Source: a bacterium (GTDB lineage Bacteria > Patescibacteriota > Minisyncoccia > Phycocordibacterales > UBA12088). From it: a stretch of DNA of 64,000 bases. Below the pieces are notes generated by a model. It was not told the origin of the DNA and ran no database searches. It was given only the letters and a program-made list of their open reading frames with translations. The DNA lies in the NCBI GenBank assembly GCA_003252295.1, contig QKEV01000002.1:196-64195 (forward strand), given 5' to 3'. The position numbers were made by a program, and so were the translations under genes. Shown here piece after piece: positions 47,527 through 56,957 of this stretch (the stretch's first letter is position 1; every line of letters begins with the position of its first letter).

Positions 47527-48639
47527 ATGACAACAAATACAACAGAAGAAACAATAACGAATGAGGTAATGGCAACATTCCTTGAGCAGAGTCCACTTCC
47601 ACCACGTGAAGGTGATCTTGTTGAAGGACCAGTTGTTGCAATAGCAAAAAATAAGGTGTTTATCGAACTACATCCGTTTGGTACTGGTATCATTTACGGT
47701 CGTGAGTACATGACTGCAAGTGACATACTACGTCGAGTTCACCCAGGTGATACTATCGCCGCAAAAGTGGTAGATAATATAAACGAAGAAGGTTACATCG
47801 AGCTTTCACTTATGGAAGCACGTCAGGCTCTTATCTGGGCAGAAGCCGAGGAGGCAGTCAACAAGGGCACCGTCTTTGAAGTTGCTGTAAAAGAAGCAAA
47901 CAAGGGTGGTCTCATGATGGATTGGCAAGGTGTTACTGGTTTCTTACCAGCAAGTCAGCTCAAACCTGACCACTACCCACGTGTAGAGGATGGTGACCGA
48001 AGCAAGATCCTTGAAGAGCTCAAGCAGCTCATTGGACAGAAGCTTTCAGTTGTTATCATTACTGCAGATCCACAGGAGAACAAGCTCATCTTCTCAGAAC
48101 GAGGACCACAGGAGGAAAAGAGCGCTTCAGCAGAACGCTTTGCTGTTGGTGATGTTATTGAGGGTGAAGTAACCGGTGCAGTTGACTTTGGTATCTTCAT
48201 TAAGATTGATGAGGGACTTGAGGGACTCGTACATATCTCTGAAATAGACTGGGGTCTCGTAGAGAACCCTAAGACCATGTACAAGGTGGGTGAGAAGGTA
48301 AACGTAAAGGTTATTGAGGTAAAAGATGGAAAGGTTTCCCTCTCTATCAAGGCACTCAAGGAGAACCCATGGACCACTGCTTCTGAGAAGTACAAGAAGG
48401 GTCAGGAGGTAGAAGCTACCATCATCAAGTACAACAAACATGGTGCGCTTGCTTCTATCGAGGAAGGTGTTGCAGGACTCGTACACATCAGTGAGTTTGC
48501 GAGTGCTGAGGAGCTTCACAAGAGCCTTGAGCTCGGACGAAGCTACAAGTTCAGGATTACACTCTTTGAACCAGCAAACCAGCGTATGACACTCTCTTTC
48601 AAGCAAAAAGAAGGTGAGGATGCTAAAGAAGAAAAGTAA
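47527..48639 (+). CDS. rpsA: 30S ribosomal protein S1 (four S1 domains; ORF-track start 47464)
   Basis: Repeated S1 domains (GDLVEGPVVAIAKNKVFIEL; GDVIEGEVTGAVDFGIFIKI; GQEVEATIIKYNKHGALASI); terminator aaccgcc-gcaa-ggcggtt TTTT at 48641-48670. Confidence 0.85.
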   Translation: MTTNTTEETITNEVMATFLEQSPLPPREGDLVEGPVVAIAKNKVFIELHPFGTGIIYGREYMTASDILRRVHPGDTIAAKVVDNINEEGYIELSLMEARQALIWAEAEEAVNKGTVFEVAVKEANKGGLMMDWQGVTGFLPASQLKPDHYPRVEDGDRSKILEELKQLIGQKLSVVIITADPQENKLIFSERGPQEEKSASAERFAVGDVIEGEVTGAVDFGIFIKIDEGLEGLVHISEIDWGLVENPKTMYKVGEKVNVKVIEVKDGKVSLSIKALKENPWTTASEKYKKGQEVEATIIKYNKHGALASIEEGVAGLVHISEFASAEELHKSLELGRSYKFRITLFEPANQRMTLSFKQKEGEDAKEEK

Positions 48640-48704
48640 AACTTACAACAACCGCCGCAAGGCGGTTGTTTTAGAAAAGGTCAGGGTAACAAACACCCTG
48701 ACCT

Positions 48705-49058
48705 TTAACGTCGCCTCCCACGACCTTTCTTTTTACCTGTTGGTAAACCCTTAAACATCACCCTTACACCAAACAGCATGCAGAAAATAGTGATACCAAA
48801 GATAAAAAGTGTATTCAAGAATTCTGTTTTACCTGTTTCTACAAGATAGACTATAAGTCCTACAGCAAAAACAAGTGGTGCTACTCCAACAAACCAACGT
48901 TGGAATCTGCCCAACTGATGCACTATTGGCAAATAGATAAATGTCATCCAACACCACCGTAGTGTTGTAACAACACCTCTGCGTACATATGGCGCAGAAA
49001 AACGTGCTGCGACCATACCATTACGTAAGATTGCTTGAAAAAATCTTCTCCAGTTCAT
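48705..49058 (-). CDS. hypothetical membrane protein with Arg/Lys-rich tail
   Basis: Two TM helices; GKKKGRGRRR C-terminus. Confidence 0.35.
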   Translation of the reverse strand: MNWRRFFQAILRNGMVAARFSAPYVRRGVVTTLRWCWMTFIYLPIVHQLGRFQRWFVGVAPLVFAVGLIVYLVETGKTEFLNTLFIFGITIFCMLFGVRVMFKGLPTGKKKGRGRRR

Positions 49059-49192
49059 CTATTATTCTCCTTTGGAAAAAGACTGAAAACTACATTCATT
49101 ACCTTCCTATATTATACCATATTTAATATATTTGTCCAGTTTTATATAGTAGAAAAAGACTCGCTTTTACACGAGTCTTTTTCATATTTTTT

Positions 49193-49583
49193 CCTATATC
49201 TATAAGCCGGATTCTGTATCCCCCACCACTTTTGTTCGTGTACGAACAAAAGTGGTGGGGGACGATAGTTATTTACCTAGCTTTACAGTTACCTGTAAAG
49301 TCATGCGGCACTCCCCCCACCACTTTTACACGATATTCGTGTAAAAGTGGTGGGAGGCACGACCTTGCACGCAGGTAAGGATTTTGCCGTTTCACTCGCC
49401 ACGTTACCGTAGTGATTCATCCACTATGTGGATGTCTTTCCCTTTCGGTCTAGACGTCACTGCTCGCACCTCTATGCTTACACACGACGGGTGTTACCCG
49501 CTACCCTGCTCCCAAAAAATGGGGCGTGTCCGGACTTTCCTCACTGTATATAAAATACACAGCGCAACTATCCGATATAGACT
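49193..49583 (-). ncRNA. rnpB: RNase P RNA (bacterial type A)
   Basis: Minus strand carries GGAAAGTCCGGAC (P4 5' strand), CAGGGTAGCGGGTAACACCCG (cf. CAGGGUGCCAGGUAACGCCUGG), 3' ACAGAATCCGGCTTAT (P4 3' strand) and P1 pairing TCTATATC/GATATAGG; two near-identical long hairpins cccaccacttttgttcg...cgaacaaaagtggtggg. Confidence 0.75.
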
Positions 49584-49620
49584 GCACAATATTATGCCAT
49601 GTAAATAAAAATATGCAATA

Positions 49621-50142
49621 TTATTGCCGTATACTCGCGTTCATACCAACCTCTATTCCCTTCTCTTGCGCATACCCTGCTGGAACTTCAAGTACAAACT
49701 GTGCAGGAGCTTTTGGTGTAAACTTTTGTGGAAACGACTCAGGTGTCGCATTTCTTGTTATATCCACGACAGAAAAGTTTGTATCAAACCAAATCATATC
49801 AAGAGAAAAATGCATATCAGGCATCCAGAACTGGTAGTAATCTGGCTGATCATAAACAAAGAGCATACCTGTATTGTCTGGAAGCGTATCCCTACCTGAG
49901 AGCCCAATGGTACGTGCCTCATAAGTAACGGCAAGCTCTGTTTCTACCACAGCATTACCAATCTCAAGTATCACCCCTTGAGCAGGATTAAACTCTTGTT
50001 CCTGGGCAATATAGTCACTGAGATGAGACTCACCATCAAAAAAACAACTTCGCCAAGTATCTCCATAAAAATAGAAAATGCCGTACAGCAATAAAAAACC
50101 AAGAAACGCGATTATGAGCTTCTTCATGTAATGATTATACAC
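49621..50142 (-). CDS. DUF192-family secreted protein
   Basis: Signal/TM then TGMLFVYDQPDYYQFWMPDMHFSLDMIWFD consistent with DUF192. Confidence 0.55.
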   Translation of the reverse strand: MYNHYMKKLIIAFLGFLLLYGIFYFYGDTWRSCFFDGESHLSDYIAQEQEFNPAQGVILEIGNAVVETELAVTYEARTIGLSGRDTLPDNTGMLFVYDQPDYYQFWMPDMHFSLDMIWFDTNFSVVDITRNATPESFPQKFTPKAPAQFVLEVPAGYAQEKGIEVGMNASIRQ

Positions 50143-50244
50143 GGTACAGACACGCTGCTTGTGGAAGTTTTCGACATACAGGTTAACTATTTACTTTTTT
50201 TTAATATATGGTTACATGAAAGTAGAAATAGCACATAGTGTGCT

Positions 50245-50466
50245 ATGTATAACTCAACTGTTTTGGAGGAAATTATGGCAGAAGAATACGATTACTGTGA
50301 AAAAATGGGATGTGACATTCGCAAGAAAAATTGCAAAAAATGCTCTTGCTTCTTGGAATGTGACGAATGGGAACTCAGTACTACCGGCAAGATTATACGT
50401 GCTGGACTAATTATCACAGGCATAGTAATCGCCGCAAAAATACTTTCAGGAGGTGGTTCTGACTAG
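50245..50466 (+). CDS. tail-anchored Cys-rich mini-protein
   Basis: CEKMGCDIRKKNCKKCSCFLEC then C-terminal TM IIRAGLIITGIVIAAKIL. Confidence 0.3.
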   Translation: MYNSTVLEEIMAEEYDYCEKMGCDIRKKNCKKCSCFLECDEWELSTTGKIIRAGLIITGIVIAAKILSGGGSD

Positions 50467-50731
50467 AATGGTCATTTTGGTCTAAACAAAAAAGTAACCA
50501 GGAGTGCTTATGGATAAAAAAAAGACCAAAGATGAAAGTGTTTTCAGTATTTTCGTAAGATGGCTAACAGTGACTCTCGTTATTGTCACCGTATTTGCAG
50601 CCGCTTATATAACGATCTACTTCAACATTCAAAACCAGTAGTTTTCTTTAACAGGTAGCGCACACGGTACACATGACTGCACATCCAACCAAGTAATTGT
50701 TAACACAAAAACAATAACAAGGAGATCAGTC

Positions 50732-50875
50732 ATGAGTAAAAAAACAAGTACTACCAAAAAAGAGTGTCAAGAAAAGAAAGAAGTCTGTGTATGTCAACCA
50801 AAACCTTCTCTCGGAAAAACTGTAGCAAAAGTCGCAATTGGAATGATTATACTGAGCGCGATTTGTAAGAAGTAG
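50732..50875 (+). CDS. tail-anchored Cys-rich mini-protein (47 aa)
   Basis: My translation MSKKTSTTKKECQEKKEVCVCQPKPSLGKTVAKVAIGMIILSAICKK; RBS aaggagatcag. Confidence 0.3.
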   Translation: MSKKTSTTKKECQEKKEVCVCQPKPSLGKTVAKVAIGMIILSAICKK

Positions 50876-51030
50876 TCATACGTGTGCAGTTGTGTTGTAC
50901 CTTACAAAGAAAGAAAATTACAGGGTTATTTGATACAAGCAACATAACCCTTTTTTTATTAGGATGTGTATCCTAACTGATGATTCCAAAAGGATGAAAA
51001 AATAAAGTAATTTTTTTAATACATTTTCGT

Positions 51031-51110
51031 CTGTGGAGGAGGAGAAAATCTCACTGCTCACTCACTCCGTTCGTTGCGCTCACAAAACCCACGGTTTTAC
51101 AATATTCCTC
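51031..51110 (-). mobile_element. family-B element core (reverse orientation) ~210-290 bp downstream of tRNA-Ser(CGA), ending in partial tRNA-Ser-like ttctcctcctcc
   Basis: Minus strand reads cctgtggagga...aaaaccgtgggttttgtgagcgcaacgaacggagtgagtgagcagtgag-attttctcctcctcc, colinear with Tyr/Leu-TAA copies. Confidence 0.5.
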
Positions 51111-51320
51111 CACAGGGGTGTTGCGTCACCTCCGAGCTTTGCACTTGATTTTGTAATTTATATTTCATAACAAAAACTCTACACCCCCGACGCGTTCGGA
51201 TCCCACACTTTCAGAGTAAACAAAAAGTACTAGGAGAAACCTAGTACTTTTTGTTTATCCCGCCTTCGCTCATCTCTTGCGGACTGTGTCCGCCGGAGCC
51301 GAGCTTCTGCGAGGCGAAGG

Positions 51321-51408
51321 CGGAGGAGGAGGGATTCGAACCCTCGGTGCCTTATAAAGACACAACGCTTTTCGAGAGCGCCCCATTCGACCTCTCTGGC
51401 ACTCCTCC
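51321..51408 (-). tRNA. tRNA-Ser(CGA), type II
   Basis: Reverse complement GGAGGAGTGCCAGAGAGGTCGAATGGGGCGCTCTCGAAAAGCGT...GGGTTCGAATCCCTCCTCCTCCG. Confidence 0.85.
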
Positions 51409-51568
51409 AAATATGTCACATGATACTACATCACAACTTTTTGTTCTTGAAATTACTTACTTTCGATACTTACTTTCGATATTGCTCGTGCTGCGAATAT
51501 TATAAAACTTAAAAGAAACATCGCATGGCACTTACGCACCATGCGATACAAACTCTATATTAAAGGGG

Positions 51569-51862
51569 TTACACCCTTACCACATTCCTTGATTTAAGAT
51601 TATATGTTGGCAGCATATACCAATTTACATTATCATTACTAGTCCATTGCTGGTTACAAACTCGGCAAGTAAACACTTCACCATCATACGTTCCAGTTGC
51701 GTCACTGGGGTCAAAAAGATCACCCAAAAAACTCATACCAACAGTATTATTGCAGTACTTACACCCTCTCATAAACTCATTCATAGGGCCCCCTTTTTTA
51801 AAAGTTACACGTTTTAGCCTGAAAGAACTATACCACACATATACTGTCTGTAAATTACTCAC
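51569..51862 (-). CDS. hypothetical Cys-containing protein
   Basis: CKYCNN...CRVCNQ. Confidence 0.3.
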   Translation of the reverse strand: MSNLQTVYVWYSSFRLKRVTFKKGGPMNEFMRGCKYCNNTVGMSFLGDLFDPSDATGTYDGEVFTCRVCNQQWTSNDNVNWYMLPTYNLKSRNVVRV

Positions 51863-51887
51863 ACAATATCAATACGAAATAAAGTAA

Positions 51888-52235
51888 CTATTTTATTTTT
51901 TCTTGTGAACGTTCATACGTGCGTTGATCATTCTTTCTCTCCTTATCAAAAAATTCTTTTTCTATATCAATACCGAGCTCAATACCAACACCAAACACCA
52001 TGTTAATAACGTCTGTGATTTCTTCACCAACCTTGTATGCATTCTCTTTCACAGCATCAACATTCATCCCAGAGACTTTGCGACATGCTTTAGCAAGTTC
52101 ACCCACCTCTTCCATAAGCAGAACAAGTCTTTCATGTAGTGTCTCATCTTCAAAGCCACGTTCTTTTATTTTAGTAGCAACATGTTCCTGCAACTGTTTA
52201 ATAGTGCCAGGTTGTAGTGTTTTTGTAGTATCCAT
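51888..52235 (-). CDS. MazG-like nucleotide pyrophosphohydrolase (ORF-track start 52367 rejected)
   Basis: ERLVLLMEEVGELAKACRK EExxE motif helix typical of MazG/HisE family. Confidence 0.6.
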   Translation of the reverse strand: MDTTKTLQPGTIKQLQEHVATKIKERGFEDETLHERLVLLMEEVGELAKACRKVSGMNVDAVKENAYKVGEEITDVINMVFGVGIELGIDIEKEFFDKERKNDQRTYERSQEKIK

Positions 52236-52344
52236 ATACAACACAGGGTAACATTTTTTATCATTTCTTGTACAAAGAATTTTTGTCTTCTTGCAACATT
52301 TTGCTGACTGTGTCAGTCGAAGCCGAGCCTCTGCGAGGAAAAGG

Positions 52345-52363
52345 CGGAGAGAGGGGGATTCGG
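52345..52363 (-). repeat. partial duplicate of tRNA-Ser(GGA) 3' end plus shared downstream flank (att-like)
   Basis: cggagagagggggattcgg vs tRNA 3' end cggagagagggggattcgaaccc; flank gactgtgtc.g.cg.agccgagc.tctgcgagg also matches the Ser(CGA) 3' flank at 51270-51320. Confidence 0.7.
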
Positions 52364-52537
52364 TCACAAGTTACTAAGTATTATTCGGAGCAATACTCCT
52401 CAAATACTAAGTACTTGCTACCCCGCCTCAGTGCTTTTTCGTGCTTTGGCACGCGCACTTCCGGCTTTCGAATCCACCGTTCCAAATGGAACCACAAAAG
52501 GTGTACTACTACTGTAGCACACCTTTTGTGTCTCCTG
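52364..52537 (-). mobile_element. family-A miniature insert between tRNA-Ser(GGA) and its partial duplicate
   Basis: ttactaagtatt-N19-aaatactaagtacttgctacccc; hairpin aaaaggtgt-N14-acacctttt next to tRNA. Confidence 0.55.
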
Positions 52538-52624
52538 CGGAGAGAGGGGGATTCGAACCCCCGATACGCTTTCACGTATACATCCTTTCCAAGGATGCGC
52601 GATCGACCACTCTGCCATCTCTCC
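52538..52624 (-). tRNA. tRNA-Ser(GGA), type II
   Basis: Reverse complement GGAGAGATGGCAGAGTGGTCGATCGCGCATCCTTGGAAAGGATG...GGGGGTTCGAATCCCCCTCTCTCCG. Confidence 0.85.
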
Positions 52625-52818
52625 AAATATGTCACATGGATACTACATCACAACTTTTTGTTCTTGAAATTACATACTTTCGACATTGCTCGTGCTGGGA
52701 AGTTTTGCGAAGCTTAACGAGCAGTACATCTCTCCAATTATATAACTATCAATTCTAAACGTTGGTAACTATAGCACGCTTTGTCTGCTAGTATAAATTT
52801 TATTTGTGTGGCAAAAAC

Positions 52819-53712
52819 CTATGCATTACCAACGAGCGCACGTACACGCTCTTCAACAGGAGGATGTGTTGAGAAAAGTTTATTAATCGAGGCACCAAGC
52901 CCCTTCTCTTTTCCAAAAGGGTTGGCGATGTAAAGGTGTGCAGTGGCATGACTAGCATGCTGCAACCCCTGTCCATACTGACTGATTTTTGTAAGAGCAG
53001 AAGCAAGACCATCTGGATACCTTGTAATGAGTGCGCCTGACGCATCAGCCAGAAACTCTCGCTTTCTTGATATAGCGAGCTGTATGAGTGAGGCAGCTAT
53101 AGGTGCAAGTACAATAGCAACAAGTCCAACAATGTAGACAGCAGGGTGTACATTCCTGTCTCTGTTCCCTCCTCCATAAAAGATCATGCGGAGGAAAAAG
53201 TCTGAGAGCAATGCAATAAAACCTGCAAGCACCACAGCAACTGTTGCAACAAGAATATCACGATTGCCGATATGAGAAAGCTCATGTGCAAGCACACCCT
53301 CAAGCTCCGACCTATCTAGGATAGCTAGGATACCTGTTGTTACAGCAACAGCACTATGTTCTGGATCACGCCCAGTCGCAAACGCATTTGGTGCAGGATC
53401 ATTGATGATATACAAACGTGGTTTTGGTAACCCAGCAGCAATGGACAAATTTTCAAGTATTCTATGCAACTCACGATACTGTGTACCATCAGCTTCCACC
53501 GCATGAGCCAAACTCAATGCAAGCTTATCAGAGTTCCAGTAACTGTAGATATTAGTTAAAAAAGCTATCAGTACAGCAATATATAAAATAACCGGACTAT
53601 TGAGATACCAACTCACCGCCCAACCAATAGCTATAACGAGTACCAAAAAGAAAGACATTAGTGTCCATGTCTTCCATATATTTGAACTCTGGTGTGTATA
53701 CAACGTTGCCAT
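52819..53712 (-). CDS. htpX: zinc metalloprotease HtpX (M48)
   Basis: HELSHIGNRD HExxH; four TM segments. Confidence 0.9.
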   Translation of the reverse strand: MATLYTHQSSNIWKTWTLMSFFLVLVIAIGWAVSWYLNSPVILYIAVLIAFLTNIYSYWNSDKLALSLAHAVEADGTQYRELHRILENLSIAAGLPKPRLYIINDPAPNAFATGRDPEHSAVAVTTGILAILDRSELEGVLAHELSHIGNRDILVATVAVVLAGFIALLSDFFLRMIFYGGGNRDRNVHPAVYIVGLVAIVLAPIAASLIQLAISRKREFLADASGALITRYPDGLASALTKISQYGQGLQHASHATAHLYIANPFGKEKGLGASINKLFSTHPPVEERVRALVGNA

Positions 53713-53714
53713 AC

Positions 53715-54236
53715 CTACAGTATACCAGCTGAAGCAACATTAATGATAAGACCTACGAGAAGCACCGCAAACACCAATGCCACAAATCCGTAGGCAATAC
53801 TTTTGGTTATATGGTGTGTTACCCCAGGATCATCCTCTCTCTCAAAACTATCATCAAGAAAATGATGTAGCACCAACATACGCAGAGCAGCAAAGGTGGC
53901 AACAAAAACAGCCCCAAAGACAAAAGAGATAAACAGCTGTGTGAGTGGTACGTCAGGTCGAACGATAAAAAGTATACCGAGCACCGTCACACCAAGTGCA
54001 AAAACAAAAGAGATTGCAAAAACACCAGTATGTATTAAAGCTCGTTTCTTCCACCTCTCTTTATTTGCAATTTTTCTTTCATTTAAGCTATTTCGAACAG
54101 CACGAATACGCTCCTCATGCTGTGGATCATCATCAACCCGCATGAGCCGATGTGCATCAATACGTGTTCGTGCTTCAGCTGTCATAGTAAATGTACTACT
54201 CTTCTTCAAAAACCTCTTCTGAAACCTCATCAACAC
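53715..54236 (-). CDS. hypothetical membrane protein (htpX-lemA operon)
   Basis: Three TM helices; 41-bp overlap with upstream ORF suggests one start is misplaced. Confidence 0.35.
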   Translation of the reverse strand: MLMRFQKRFLKKSSTFTMTAEARTRIDAHRLMRVDDDPQHEERIRAVRNSLNERKIANKERWKKRALIHTGVFAISFVFALGVTVLGILFIVRPDVPLTQLFISFVFGAVFVATFAALRMLVLHHFLDDSFEREDDPGVTHHITKSIAYGFVALVFAVLLVGLIINVASAGIL

Positions 54237-54639
54237 CCTCCCTTTTTACCTTATCTGGAATAGTCAACCGCACAACCGTTTTTGCTTTTTCATTTGTTTT
54301 GTAAGAACTATCTGATGACCACACTAGGTATGATCTGTTCTCAAAACGACCTTTTTTCCGTGAATGTCGTTCAAGAGCATCTGCAAGTTCAAGTTCTGTA
54401 ATTTTTTTGATACTCTTTATGTACTCAACACATGTAACTACATCAGCAAGCTCGTCGATAAGTTCCTGTCGTGATGCAGTTTCTGGAAGCGCACTTGCTT
54501 CCTCTTCAACTTTCTTCAAAATCTCTATCTCAAACTCATCATCATCAAGTGTACGAATCTCACACTCCTTACCCTTCTCTCGAATAAGGTCAGGTACACT
54601 ATCCCAAACAAGTTTGTTGTAGTAGATTCGTTCTGACAT
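54196..54639 (-). CDS. hypothetical protein, possible MazG/HisE-like NTP pyrophosphohydrolase fold
   Basis: ELIDELADVVTCVEYIKSI...ELADALERHSRKKGRF. Confidence 0.35.
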   Translation of the reverse strand: MSERIYYNKLVWDSVPDLIREKGKECEIRTLDDDEFEIEILKKVEEEASALPETASRQELIDELADVVTCVEYIKSIKKITELELADALERHSRKKGRFENRSYLVWSSDSSYKTNEKAKTVVRLTIPDKVKREGVDEVSEEVFEEE

Positions 54640-54642
54640 GGT

Positions 54643-55230
54643 TTAAAACTGAACTTTAACAGGATCTTTTGCTGCCTGTTCATTCTCTCCAAGCTTGAAG
54701 AGTTCCATCTCAGTGATATTGAACATGTTAGCAATGATCAAGTTAGGGAACTTCTGTATGGCAACATTAAGATCCTTCACATTACCATTGTAAAAGCGTC
54801 GAGCGGCCTGGATCTTGTTCTCAGTATCAGTAAGTTCACGTTGCAATTCAAGGAAGTTTTGATTTGCCTTCAAGTCAGGATAGTTCTCAGCAACAGCCAT
54901 AAGACGACCAAGTGCAGAAGTAAGTCCTTGTTCTGCACCTTCGAAAGCAGCAACTTGTTCAGGAGTAATCTTTGATATATCGATCTGCATAGAAGTTGCC
55001 TTTGCACGTGCCTCAATAACTGCATCAAGTGTCTCTCTTTCGTGTGCAGCATATCCTTTTACTGTCTCAACTAGGTTTGGGATGAGGTCATACCGACGTT
55101 TCAGTTGCGTATCAATATCTGACCAAGCTTCCTTTGCATTGTTCACAAGTGATACAAATCGGTTGTACATGACAATACCCCAACCAAGCGCAAGCACGAC
55201 AACAGTAAGAATAAAGTAAATAACTATCAT
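54643..55230 (-). CDS. lemA: LemA-family membrane protein
   Basis: N-terminal TM then NRFVSLVNNAKEAWSDIDTQLKRRYDLIPNLVETVKGYAAHERETL. Confidence 0.85.
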   Translation of the reverse strand: MIVIYFILTVVVLALGWGIVMYNRFVSLVNNAKEAWSDIDTQLKRRYDLIPNLVETVKGYAAHERETLDAVIEARAKATSMQIDISKITPEQVAAFEGAEQGLTSALGRLMAVAENYPDLKANQNFLELQRELTDTENKIQAARRFYNGNVKDLNVAIQKFPNLIIANMFNITEMELFKLGENEQAAKDPVKVQF

Positions 55231-55505
55231 AATTGACTTAGATTATTACAAAACAACGCTTTCACGTTTCAAGTAGTATACCACACAGGCAAGTATACTC
55301 ACGGTATACATGTTGACACAGCAATTAGTCCCTATACACTAATAGACGACGAATACAGAGCAAGTAGAATAGTGCACATTGTATATGAGTCAACTCAAGG
55401 CGAGTACAAGCTCATACTGTCTCAATGTAAATACCTTGATCATTGTAAAACCAAGGTGCCTAATATTTTGACTGTAGATAGTCTTTATAAGGTAACCGTG
55501 TTTAC

Positions 55506-55799
55506 ATGGATAGATTTAACAACGATGCACCTCGAAAAATGTTTGAGGGAAACTGGACTTGTTCTGAATGTGGTGGAGCAATAACACAACTCCCATTTCA
55601 GCCAGATGAAAGTCGTGTCGGCACCCTTAAGTGTCTCGATTGTCACAAAAAGGGCCGCGAGCGTAGAAGTGAACGACATATGTTCGAAGGAAACTGGACC
55701 TGTTCTGAATGTGGCAAAGAAATAACCCAGATGCCTTTTGAGCCACGTGGAGACAAGCCAATCAAATGTTTTGATTGCTTCAAGGGCTCACGTCGCTAA
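55506..55799 (+). CDS. tandem double zinc-ribbon protein
   Basis: Two repeats MFEGNWTCSECG...ITQ.PF.P.....KC.DC.K. Confidence 0.45.
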   Translation: MDRFNNDAPRKMFEGNWTCSECGGAITQLPFQPDESRVGTLKCLDCHKKGRERRSERHMFEGNWTCSECGKEITQMPFEPRGDKPIKCFDCFKGSRR

Positions 55800-56605
55800 G
55801 CTAAACAAAACAAATTTAAAAAAAGAGTGTCGTAAGGCACTCTTTTTTGATGTGCTATAGTACTACGCAGATTCTAAAGCAGGAGGTTATGTATGGAGAA
55901 AATTTTTACCCTTATCATACCAACAACAGCATACAGGTACTTTGTGCAAGATTGGATACAAACAGTTGCTTCAACATGGAAGAACGTCAATGTAACTCAT
56001 TTTTGGGATGGTGTCGGGCAACTTTGCACCGTACGCATCACCGTACAAAACTCAAAAAAATGTAGTACCTACATACACAAAAATCTGTTTGGTTCCGAAG
56101 GTGAATTAACAAAGAAATACTGGTGTCTATACACATCACCTGATTAATCAGGTGATGTGTACTGTTGTTGACAATTTAAAAGTAAGTAGTATAAAAAGAA
56201 AAACGTGTACCCATGGGATTGTAAACAAACAACCACAAAGGAGGTCTATGATGAAAAAAGAGACCAGAAAAGTACGTTACGCACTTTCAAAAAGAGCAAA
56301 CATTGATCGTGTTCAGAATAGGTTGCACTGGTGTTTTGGACGTCACATCAAGGACTTGGATGTGAGTTACCTGACAAAAAATGGTAGCACTCGGGTAACT
56401 ATCATTATCCCAACGACGCTATTGGAATTACTGAAACTACATTTCGAACCAGGTGGAGCACTTTTTTCTTTACTTGCATAGCACCTTCCCTGCCGGCAGC
56501 CGTCATAAACATTGTGACGGCTGTTTTTTTGAACAATTATTAAATATGTGCTATGTATATATATTAGGTCAGATAGCTAGATAGCAAAACAAAACCAGTG
56601 AACCA

Positions 56606-56881
56606 GTGAGGTATACTATGGGTAACATGACGAATGTTGTGCCAGAAATAAGAGGGGTAACATACACACTTACAGTAAACAAAGCTGATGCTAAAACCTT
56701 TGTGACAAGATGGAACCAGTCAGCTTTATCTAGCTTTTCAGGTGTGCATCTAAGTCAGAACGCTGTTAGTGAAACCGAGAAAGAGATTGTGATACGAGTA
56801 GCGAACAGTAATTTTGTTATAGGACTTATTGAAAAAGATTTTTTTGGACCCGATAGTCCCTGGAAACCAAAGGTAAACTAA
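56606..56881 (+). CDS. hypothetical protein
   Basis: ORF only. Confidence 0.3.
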   Translation: MRYTMGNMTNVVPEIRGVTYTLTVNKADAKTFVTRWNQSALSSFSGVHLSQNAVSETEKEIVIRVANSNFVIGLIEKDFFGPDSPWKPKVN

Positions 56882-56957
56882 TTTTGATACACAGCACACC
56901 ATAATAAAAACCACCGGCATGTACCATATACCGGTGGTTTTTTACTCGAAATTTAAA

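Noticed and set aside
49200-49400. Two near-identical long hairpins (cccaccactttt...) as a possible CRISPR-like or REP repeat
   Set aside because: They lie inside a region that otherwise matches RNase P RNA landmarks (P4 strands, P1 pairing); interpreted as expansion helices of rnpB. No CRISPR array (regularly spaced direct repeats with unique spacers) was found anywhere in the window.
51251-52758. ORFs 51251..51505, 52268..52717, 52381..52635, 52418..52618, 52441..52758
   Set aside because: They overlap the two tRNA-Ser genes and their duplicated flanks; the shared peptide strings arise from the duplicated promoter DNA.
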